Shown here: positions 28,817 through 38,300 of the stretch, piece by piece | How the letters are laid out: every line of letters begins with the position of its first letter | Position numbering within the stretch: position 1 is the first letter of the stretch | Source of the DNA: Elusimicrobiota bacterium | GTDB lineage: Bacteria > Elusimicrobiota > Elusimicrobia > UBA1565 > UBA9628 | Length of the DNA stretch: 64,000 nucleotides | Reading direction: 5' to 3' | NCBI GenBank assembly: GCA_016212795.1 | Contig: JACRDT010000036.1 | Span: forward strand, 39,273 to 103,272 | Notes under the pieces: generated by a model | Told to the model about the DNA's origin: nothing | The model's input: the letters and a program-made list of their open reading frames with translations, nothing else | Database searches by the model: none | Made by a program: the position numbers and the translations under genes

Positions 28817-31033
28817 CTACCTGCGCGAGCCCATCCGATGGCCGCCGGGGCGACGGCCTCGGCTGTCCCTGTCCCGGGGGGCCGGCCCTTTGACCTCGAG
28901 TTCGGAGCCGGGGCTGATGACGGCCCTCCTGGAGAGCCGGATCTTCCCGTCGTTGTCGACTTCGAGGACCTTCACCTCCACCTCGTCGCCTTCCTTAAGA
29001 ACGTCCTCCACCCGGTTGACCCTCTTGACGTCGATCTGCGAGATGTGGAGCAGCCCTTCCTTGCCGGGGAAGATCTCCACGAAGGCCCCGAACTCCTTGA
29101 TGGAGACGACGCGGCCTTTGTAGATCTTGCCCACTTCGGCTTCGACGGTCAGGGCCTCGACCTCGGCCTTGGCCTGGTTGCAGCCTTCGGCGTCGACGCC
29201 CGTGATGAAGACGGAGCCGTCGTCCTCGACGTCGACTTCGACGCCGTAGGTCTCGATGAGCCTGCGGATGTTCTTCCCGCCGGGGCCGATGAGGGCGCCG
29301 ATCTTGGCGAGCGGGATCTGGAGGCGGTAGAGGCGGGGGGCGCTCAGGGAGATGTCGGGCCTGGGCTTGGAGATGACCTCGTTCATCCTGCCGAGGATGT
29401 GGAGCCGGCCGCAGCGGGCCTGCTCGAGCGCTTCCTTGAGGATGGCGATGGAGAGCCCCTCCACCTTCATGTCCATCTGGAAGCCCGTGATGCCCCGCTC
29501 CGTGCCCGCGACCTTGAAGTCCATGTCGCCGTTGTGGTCCTCGATGCCGGCGATGTCGCTGAGGATGGCGTAGCGGCCGTTCTCGTAGACGAGGCCCATG
29601 GCCACGCCCGCGCAGGCGGCCTTCATGGGCACGCCCGCGTCGAAGAGGGCCAGCGAGCCGCCGCAGACCGTGGCCATCGAGGACGAACCGTTCGACTCGA
29701 GGATCTCGGAGACGACCCGGATGGTGTAGGCGAACTCGTCGTCCGGCGGCAGCAGCGGCGCGAGCGACCGGGCGGCCAGGGCGCCGTGCCCGATCTCCCG
29801 GCGTCCCGGGCCCCGCTCGGGCTTGCACTCGCCGACCGAGAAGCCGGGGAAGTTGTAGTGGAGCAGGAAGCGTTCCTTGTATTCCCCCTCCAGGACGTCC
29901 ATGACCTGCATGTCCGCGGGGCTGCCCAGGGTGACCGAGCACAGGGCCTGCGTCTGGCCTCTCGTGAAGATGACCGAGCCGTGGAGCTTGGGCAGGACCG
30001 GCAGCATGATGGAGATGGGCCTGATCTCGTCGAAGGCCCGGCCGTCCGGCCGGATCTTGTCGATGAGCGCCATGGACCGGCTCTCCTGGTAGACGATGTT
30101 CTCCATCACGGTCGGGACGAAGTAGAGCCACTCCTTCATGTCGGGGTGGTCGACCGCGGAGGCCTCGATCTCCTTGATGATCCTCTCCTTGACGTCGCTG
30201 ATGGCGGCGTCGAGCCCGTACTTGTCGAGCTTCAGGCGCAGGGCGGCCTTGACGGGCTCGAGGGCCTTGCCGGTCACGTAGTCCTCGACGGGCTTGGGGA
30301 TGGTCCTGGGCTCGATGACGCGCTTGACGATTTTGCGCCCCGCGGCCACGGACTCCTGGACGAGCTTGAGCTGGAGGTCGCAGAGCTTGTCGATCACCTG
30401 GGCCGCCTTCTCGAGCGCCGAAATGAAGACTTCCTCGGGCACCTCGCGGCCGGTGCCTTCGACCATGAGGAGCGCGCCCTTCTTGCCCGCCACGACGATC
30501 TCGAGCTCGGCGTTCTCCCGCTCCTCGAAGGTCGGGAACAGGACGTAGGCGCCGTCGATGAGGGCCACGCGCGTCGCCGCGATGGGGCCGTTCCAGGGGA
30601 TGTCGGAGAGCAGCAGCGCCGCCGAGGCGCCGTTGATGGCGAGGACGTCGGGATCGTTGACCGCGTCGATGGAGACCACGAGGGTATGCACCATGGTCTC
30701 GAACCTCCAGCCCTCGGGGAAGAGCGGCCGGATGGGGCGGTCGATGAGGCGCGCCGTGAGGGTCTCTTTCTCGCGGGGGCGGCTCTCCCGCTTGAAGAAT
30801 CCCCCGGGGATCCTCCCGGCCGCGTAGGTGCGTTCCCGGTATTCGGACGTGAGGGGGACGAAGTCGACGGCCCGGAGCGTCCTGGCCGCGGTGGCCGCGG
30901 AAAGGATGACGGTGTCGCCGAGATGGACCGTGACCGAGCCGCCGGCCTGCTTGGCCAGCGTGCCGGTCTGGAAGGAAAGCGTCTTGGTCCCGATGGTTTC
31001 GGATTGGCAGATTTTCTGAATGGAATCAGACAT
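28817..31033 (-). CDS. pnp: Polyribonucleotide nucleotidyltransferase
   Basis: GRIPGGFFKRE, ARLIDRPIRPLFP, ESNGSSSMA, DMDFKVAGT, KH and S1 domains. Confidence 0.98.
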   Translation of the reverse strand: MSDSIQKICQSETIGTKTLSFQTGTLAKQAGGSVTVHLGDTVILSAATAARTLRAVDFVPLTSEYRERTYAAGRIPGGFFKRESRPREKETLTARLIDRPIRPLFPEGWRFETMVHTLVVSIDAVNDPDVLAINGASAALLLSDIPWNGPIAATRVALIDGAYVLFPTFEERENAELEIVVAGKKGALLMVEGTGREVPEEVFISALEKAAQVIDKLCDLQLKLVQESVAAGRKIVKRVIEPRTIPKPVEDYVTGKALEPVKAALRLKLDKYGLDAAISDVKERIIKEIEASAVDHPDMKEWLYFVPTVMENIVYQESRSMALIDKIRPDGRAFDEIRPISIMLPVLPKLHGSVIFTRGQTQALCSVTLGSPADMQVMDVLEGEYKERFLLHYNFPGFSVGECKPERGPGRREIGHGALAARSLAPLLPPDDEFAYTIRVVSEILESNGSSSMATVCGGSLALFDAGVPMKAACAGVAMGLVYENGRYAILSDIAGIEDHNGDMDFKVAGTERGITGFQMDMKVEGLSIAILKEALEQARCGRLHILGRMNEVISKPRPDISLSAPRLYRLQIPLAKIGALIGPGGKNIRRLIETYGVEVDVEDDGSVFITGVDAEGCNQAKAEVEALTVEAEVGKIYKGRVVSIKEFGAFVEIFPGKEGLLHISQIDVKRVNRVEDVLKEGDEVEVKVLEVDNDGKIRLSRRAVISPGSELEVKGPAPRDRDSRGRRPGGHRMGSRR

Positions 31034-31095
31034 GAGTGGCTCCTAGTGATGAGAAAGGCCTCAAGACGGACGAGGAAGCGGCCATCGACGCCGGC

Positions 31096-31362
31096 CTACT
31101 TCCGGAGATCCAACGATTTGATGACTTGGCTGTAGGATTCCTTGTCGCGGTTCTTAAGGTAGTTCAGAAGCATGCGCCGCTGGCCCACCAGCTTCAGGAG
31201 GCCCACCTGGCTGAGGTGGTCCTTCTTGTGGTCTTTGAGGTGAGCGGAGATCTGCTTGATGCGTTCCGTGATCAACGCGATCTGAGACTGGGCTCCGCCC
31301 GTGTCAGCGGGATGCTTGCCGAATTTCTTTATGATTTCGTTCTTGTTTTCCTTTGTTATCAT
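31096..31362 (-). CDS. rpsO: 30S ribosomal protein S15
   Basis: DTGG..QIALITERI..HLK.HKKDH..GLLKLVGQRR.LL.YL; 88 aa; upstream of pnp. Confidence 0.97.
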   Translation of the reverse strand: MITKENKNEIIKKFGKHPADTGGAQSQIALITERIKQISAHLKDHKKDHLSQVGLLKLVGQRRMLLNYLKNRDKESYSQVIKSLDLRK

Positions 31363-31372
31363 CGCTGACACC

Positions 31373-31401
31373 ATGATAGTAAATCCCGCGCGCCGTTTCA
31401 A
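31373..31401 (-). promoter_or_regulatory. Sigma70-type promoter for rpsO-pnp
   Basis: TTGAAA-17 nt-TATCAT on the minus strand, 10 nt before ATG 31362. Confidence 0.65.
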
Positions 31402-31447
31402 GGACCTGTCGGAACTTGCCGGAACTGTCGAAACTTGTTTGACGGGA

Positions 31448-32395
31448 CTAAAATCTGGCCCCGAGCGATATCTTGTGCACCTGCCCCAACTCCGCGAAAG
31501 GCGCAATCGAGTAGTCCAGGCCGTAGCCGTAGGCCCTCAGCCCCAGCCCTGTCGCGAACCCAGCCGCCCCCGAGAGCCTGGAAGAGGAGCCTCCGCCGTA
31601 GCCCGCCCTGAGCGCCAACCCTCTTGCCAGGGCGAACTCGCTGCCGAAGCTCGCCATGGTCTCCCCGGAGTACGGCCTGCGCTTCAAGTCCAACGCCAAG
31701 CCCAGGCCCATGGGCAGCCTCAAGCCCAGCCCCGCTGCCACGGTCAAAGGCAGGTCCTCGGTCACTCCGGAGTACTTCAGCCCCGGCCCCAGGTTCTGCA
31801 CCGCCAAGCCAAAGTATGGAGTCCCAAGCCTGCCCATGCTCAAGTCGTATTGCCCGCCCAGGTCGACGGCGAAGGTGTTCGCGGATGCCTCGGCGATGGA
31901 GCTGTGCACGTACTTGACGCCCATTCCCAGTCTTGCCCCGAACTGCACCTTGCGCGCCATGGAGACCTGCATGCTGAAGTCGGACGCACCGAACTTGCCC
32001 GCAGGCCTGCCCAGAGGGTCTCTCCCTTCGAGACTCCCCTGGCTCATGTAGGTCGCTGCCATGCCCATGACCCCGAACTTGGCTGGATAGGCAAACCCCG
32101 CGAAATCATGCCTTGTCTGGCTTGGCAGCTCGGTGTGAGTCATCCCGGCCTCTTTCTTCTCCGCCCGGCTCAAACCTGCCTGATTCCAGTACAGGGCGTC
32201 GGCGCCCTCGGCCATGGCCGTGTACGCTTCTCCCAGGCCGGAGGCGCGCGCTCCAGCTCCCAATTTAAGGAACGCCGCTGTCTCTGTCCCAAAGGCCCTT
32301 TCTGCGAGCATCCCGGATGCGAGCAATCCGGACAGGATAAACATTCCAGCGGTCCTGCGGCTCGGCCAGGTTTCTGGTTTCTTCATGACGCTCAC
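31448..32395 (-). CDS. PorV/PorQ-family (FadL-like) outer-membrane beta-barrel
   Basis: Signal peptide, AFLKLGAGARASGLGEAYTA..ADALYWNQAGL, C-terminal HKISLGARF; GTGA overlap with the giant gene (alternative ATG 32386). Confidence 0.8.
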   Translation of the reverse strand: MSVMKKPETWPSRRTAGMFILSGLLASGMLAERAFGTETAAFLKLGAGARASGLGEAYTAMAEGADALYWNQAGLSRAEKKEAGMTHTELPSQTRHDFAGFAYPAKFGVMGMAATYMSQGSLEGRDPLGRPAGKFGASDFSMQVSMARKVQFGARLGMGVKYVHSSIAEASANTFAVDLGGQYDLSMGRLGTPYFGLAVQNLGPGLKYSGVTEDLPLTVAAGLGLRLPMGLGLALDLKRRPYSGETMASFGSEFALARGLALRAGYGGGSSSRLSGAAGFATGLGLRAYGYGLDYSIAPFAELGQVHKISLGARF

Positions 32396-35300
32396 TTTAT
32401 GATAGCAAGCTTCTTGATGATTGTTATGTCCGACTGCCCTACCCTCTTGGCCGTGACGACGTAAGTGTAGACGCCAGAACCCACCCCTCCCGCGTCCCAG
32501 CGGTAGTCATAGGTGTATTGGTCGTCCTTGCCGTTGCCGTCGTCCATGACGCTCGGATAGCCGAACCCGGCCGCATGCACCTTCCGGCCCGATGAGTCGA
32601 ATATCTTCACCTCCACCGAATTGGCCCAGCCAACCTGCACCCTGATGGTCGGGCTCTCGCCCTTGCGAGCCGGGTTGGGGAAGGCGTAGACCTCCCTCAT
32701 CTCGAAGTCAGAGAGCGCCACGGCCTCGGGCAGCACGCCCGTCACCATGGCCTGGTACACCGAGAAATGGTTCGTTAGCGCCCTGACCCGGCCTTTGACT
32801 GGATCAACGTCTGTTTCAAGAGGCTCCCACTCTCCCCTGCCCTTGTTCCAGTAATGCAGCACCACGTCATCAGGGCCCTTGCCCGGAGGGATCATCCTCT
32901 GATCGAATGGAAGCTCCACGGTCACGAGATAGTTGAACCTCGTGCCCTCCGGGCCAAACTCTACAGGCTCGCCCGCCTTGGCGATGGGCTGGGCCTTGGC
33001 CGCTTTCTCCCGCTTGGACTCGTCATCAGCGTCCTTGGGCCTGGAGACCGAGATCACGACCTCCTCGTCCAACGCCGCGGGCGGCACATCCACGCTCGCC
33101 CGGCTTGGAGCCGCGACCTTGCCGCCCGTTTCGGTGGAAACGACAAGGGCGGCCTCGCCAAACCACGCGGGCGCAGCCGGCGCCGCGATGCTGCCGGGAG
33201 GATCGACGATGAAGTAGACCGGTTCGCTCGTCACCGTGCCGCCCAAGGCGTCGCGCTGCACCACCACGGCATAGAGCGCGTCGGGCAGCGTATCGGGCAC
33301 CAGCCCCCTGATCCTTGTGTCGTTCCATAGGCTCAGGGACGTGGTCGCCCCGCCTATCAGGACCCTGGTGGCAGTCCCCGCATACTGCCCGAACCCTGTC
33401 CCGGTCAGCTCGAATGGCGTGCCCTGGAGAGCGACCGCGGGCGTGATCGTCGAGATCACAGGCCTGACCACCTGGATAGAACCTTCATTCGACCTTACCA
33501 GCCCGCCGTCCGACCCCGCGCGCTCGACTACCACGGCGTATGTCCCAGCGCTCATGTATGGCAGCTTGCCCTTGATCGTCGCGTCGTTCCAGAGGCTTAG
33601 AGGAGCCGTCGTTCCGCCTATTAGCACCCTGGTATTCACGCCGTTGTATGGTCCGAATCCTGCTCCCGCAATGGTGAACCCATCGCCTATGGGCGCGCTC
33701 GCGGGCGTGACAGAGTAGATTTCAGGCCGCAGTACCTGGAAAGTGCCTGCATCGGATGTCGCAAGGCCGCCGTCAGAGCTTGCGCGTTCGACTCTCACGC
33801 TGTGGCTGCCTGTAGCCAGCCCTCCCGGCACCGCGCCCTTGATGGCCGTGTCGTTCCAAAGCGACAGCGGGGCGTTCAAACCGCCGATCTTGACCCTTGT
33901 ATTGGCGCCGTCGTAGGGGCCGAATCCCGAACCCGTGATCGTAAAAGGCATCCCTATGGGGCCCGAGGATGGCTCGACGCCAAGGGCCTCTGGACTGACA
34001 ACAGTGAAATCAAGGGCGGTGCTGGCGATGATTGTCCCTCCGCTCTCGCGTTGCAGCACCAGCGAGTGCGTCCCTGCCGCAAGATTGGGCGCCCTGCCCG
34101 TTATCTTCGAGTCATTCCAGAGGCTCAATGCCGCGGTAGTGCCGCCTATCAAGACTCTCGTGTTCGCCCCGTTATAGGACCCGAAGCTCGTCCCCGTGAT
34201 CGTAAACGGCGCGCCTATGGGGCCCGAGGACGGGGTCAGTGAAGCTATCTCAGGCACGGTCACCTGGAAATTACCCAACTGGACCTGCGCCAGTCCGCCG
34301 TCTGAAGCCGCGCGCTCGACTATTACCGGGGCAATCCCCGGACTCAGGCCGGGGATTGCCCCGGTGATTGTCGTGTCGTTCCACAAGCTTAGCGCCGCCG
34401 TCGTTGCGCCAATCAGCACCCTGGTGTAGGAGCCATTGTACGGCCCGAAGTTCCTGCCCGTGATCGTGAACGGCACGCCTATAGGCCCGGAAGACGGGCT
34501 TAGCGCAAGGGCCTCAAGCGCCAGCACCTCGAAGCTGAAGCCATTGGCCTGGACGGAACCGCCGTCTGAAGTCAGACGTTCCACCATTACCGGGACAATC
34601 CCCGGACTCAGGCCGGGGATTGTCCCGGAGATTGTCGTATCGCTCCAAAGGCTCAATGGCGCTGTGGTCCCGCCAATCAGCACCCTGGTATTGGCCCCGT
34701 TGTACGGCCCGAAGCCCGTCCCCGCGATGGTAAATGGGACGCCTATGGGCCCTGCCGTGGGGCTGATGCCCTCAGCTTGCGGCGCGCCGACCGTGAAGAG
34801 CGCGCTGTTGCTCCTGGCTACCCCTGTCCCGCTTTGACGCTCGACGAGAACGTCGTAGACCCCGGCATCCAAAGCAGGAACGGTTCCCTTGATCTGGGTG
34901 TCAGTCCAAAGGCTCAAGGCGGACGTGGTCCCGTTGAACAGCACGCGGGTATTGGCTCCGCCGTAGCTGTCGAAGTCCATGCCTGTGATTGTGAAAGGCG
35001 CTCCGATGGGGCCGGAGGAAGGCGAAATCGAAGCAAGGTAGAGCCCAGCCACATGGAAGAAAACAGGCGCTGTCTCGACCACCCCGCCGTCCGCGCTCTT
35101 TCGGCGCACCACGACAGGATAAGGTCCGGGCCCAAGAGTCCCGGGCACAGCCCCCTTGATGGTCGTGTCGTTCCAAAGGCTCAAGGCTGCCGTGGAGGTC
35201 CCAATCAGGACCTGCGTATTGGCGCCGTTGTAGGGGCCGAAGCTCGTGCCAATCAAAGTGAACACCACCCCTATGGGGCCCGAGGACGGCGAAATGGAAG

Positions 35301-38300
35301 CCACGCTTGGAAGAGTGACCTCGAAATAGGAGGTATTTGAGGACACAAGCCCGCCGGCAGCGGCCCGCTCTACCAATACCGGGACAATCCCTGGACTCAG
35401 GCCAGGGATTGTCCCGGAAATGGTCGTATCGTTCCAGAGGCTTAGAGGAGCCGTCGTTCCACCGATGAGCACGCGGGTGTTCGCCCCGCTATAAGGCCCG
35501 AAGCTCGTTCCCGTGATGGTGAACGGCGCTCCTATGGGCCCGGAAGAAGGCGTCAGGCTCCCGACCTGGGGCACGGTCACAAGGAACTCCACGGAGTTGC
35601 TCGCGCTCACCATCGAGCCTGACTGGCGCTCGATCCTCACGGCATTCTGCCCGGCCGCAAGGCCGGGCACTGTCCCGGATATCGTCGTCTCGTTCCATAA
35701 GCTCAGGGGCGCGGTCGTTGCGCCTATCAGCACTCGCGTGTTGGCCCCGTTGTAAGGCCCAAAGCTCGGCCCCCTGATCGTGAACGGCGCGCCTATCGGC
35801 CCCGATGACGGGGCCATGCTCCACAGCTCAAGAGCGGTCACGGCAAAAAGACCCGCAGCCACCGCGGTCGCAGACGATGGATGCTGGCGCTCCACCGCCA
35901 CCGCATAGCTCCCCGTGGACAGACCGGGCACCGTGCCGGAGATGGTCGTGTTGTTCCACACGCTCAACGCGGCCGACACTGTCCCGAACTTGACCCGCGT
36001 ATTGCTCCCGTTGTACGCGCCGAACCCAGTCCCCGTGATCGTGAAGGGAACGCCGATCGGGCCTGCCGTGGGATTCAATGCCACGCTGGGCGCTGTCGCC
36101 TGGCTGGACAGCAATACCTCGCTGCCGGCCAGGGCCGTTCCTCCTGTAAAACGGAGGGGAGCCGAGCTGTTGCTCACCGAAAGCCAGATTTCAGAGCCCT
36201 TGACCGCGATGTCCTTGGCCCCGTCAACGCCCTCTATCGTCTGAGCCGATATGAGCGCGCCATTCGCCCCATATCTCCACACCGCGAGCTTGTCCTTCGT
36301 GCTGCCGGCAACCAGGATGCTGCCGGACGCATCGCGAGCCATGCCCCAGGGGAAACTGTTGCCTCCGCCATCCACTGCCCACGTCTTCTCCAGGACCACG
36401 TTGCCTTGCAAATCGAGCTTGGCAAAGCTCAGGTCGTAGCCGCCGCCGGCGGTTGCATGATTGCCCGCCACGTAGGCCGCGTCCGACGACACGGCCACCT
36501 TCGCCGTGAACTGCCCCATGGGGTCGCTGGCATAGCCCGGCAGAAACACAGGCTGGCGCGCCAGGCCTGTCCCGGTCCAGTCGTATTTCCATGCCCCCAG
36601 GTCGATGATATTGGGGCCGGCCGCGCCGGGATTGATCGAATACCCGGCCAGCCAGATGTTGCCCTGCCCGTCCAGCCTGATGCCGTAGCCCATGTCAAGG
36701 CCCGCGCCGCGCGTATATGTCGTGGTCAGCGTCAACAACCCGTCTGCCGGGCTGAACTTCCACAACGCCAGGGAGAACTCCACGGGGCCTGAGAAGTCAG
36801 GAGGACCGGAGGTCTGCACCGCTCCCGTGATCCAGATGTCGCCTGCCGAGTCCATGGCGTAATCGTTCTTGCCGTAGGCGCTCATGAACCCCGCGCTTGA
36901 CAACAGCACGTCCCCGCTTGCCGCGGTCTTGTAGATGGCCACCGTATTGCCGCCCGTGGCCGTATTGATGCCCGAGCCTATGGCGTAGGCGTTGCCTGAG
37001 GCGTCAAAGCTTACGCTCCAATCTCCCCAGCCGCCTACCCCGGGCAGTTCCACGGACGCCAAGCCAGCGCCTCCGGGACCGAACTTGGCCAGTTTGTAGC
37101 CAGAGTCGAACCTGACCACGGCCCAGAGGTTGCCGGCTGCGTCGGCGGAAAGCGCGTAACCGGAGCCTGGCTCAGACGGCGGCTGGGTCGAGATGTTCAA
37201 ATCCACGACTTCCAGCAAGGCCGCTTTGGGGGTCTCAAGATTGAGCGCCTTATCCTGGCTGAAATATGTGACCGTGTGAGTGCCGAAAGGAAGGGTGAAG
37301 GCGCCGGTGAAGTCCTGCGGCGGGTCCTCGCCTACGGCATAGACGGTTTTGTCCAACCCGGAGGTCAGGGCGTCGGGGACTTCAGGATCGGCGGCCGCGA
37401 AGGAAATCTGGGTATACGTCGTGATCCTCACGGCCCCGGCGGGCTGGGTGCTGGAATAACCCTCGAAGACAATCTGCGTCTGGGGCGGTGTCGTGTCCGC
37501 GTTCAAGACGGTGATGGAGGCGACATGGGAAGCTTCAAGATTGCCGGCCTGGTCTTGGCTGAAATAGGTGATTGAATGGCCGCCGAAGGCCAGGGGGAAA
37601 GACGACGTGAACACCTCCGGAGGAGTGTCGGCCATGTTCGTAAATGGCTGGTCCAGCAGGAAATAAGTCGTGGCCAGACCAGCGGTCAGGGCATCGGGCA
37701 CCGCAGAATCGACCGCGACAAAGTACGCCCTCGTACCCGTGGCAATATGAACATATCCGTCAGGCTGGGCGCTGGAGAAGCCCTCAAAGACAAGCTGCGT
37801 CTGGGGCGCGGTCGTGTCAGGGTTGAAGACAGTCATCGAGGAAATTCTCGGCGCTTCGAGGTTGCCGGCCTTATCCTGGCTGAAATAAGCGAGCGAGTGC
37901 GTTCCCAGGGCCAAGGTGAACGAGGCTGTATATACCTGCGGAGGCGTCTCGGAGAAATCGACGAATGCGCGGTCGACCAGGAAGTAGGTCTTGTCGACCG
38001 GGGAAGTCATCGCGTCCGGGGCGCCTGGATCGAATGCCGACAAAGCTATCCTGGTGGACGTAGACAACACGACGCTCTCGTCGGGCAGGACGTTGGAATA
38101 GCCCTCGAACACGATGTTCGTCCGCGGCGGGGTCACGTCAGGATTCAAGACGGCGACAGCGGCTGTCTTCTCCAGTTCGCGGTTGCCGGCATTGTCCTCG
38201 CTGAAATAGACAATCGTGTGGGAACCGAAGGGCAGCGTGAAAGGAACCGTGAAGACCTGCGGAGGGGTGGCGTTCATGTCCACGAACACCTGGTCTATCA

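Noticed and set aside
33200-36090. Regularly spaced DNA repeats that could suggest a CRISPR array or a diversity-generating retroelement
   Set aside because: The ~265-bp units are degenerate at synonymous sites and encode IPT domains; no spacers, cas genes or reverse transcriptase
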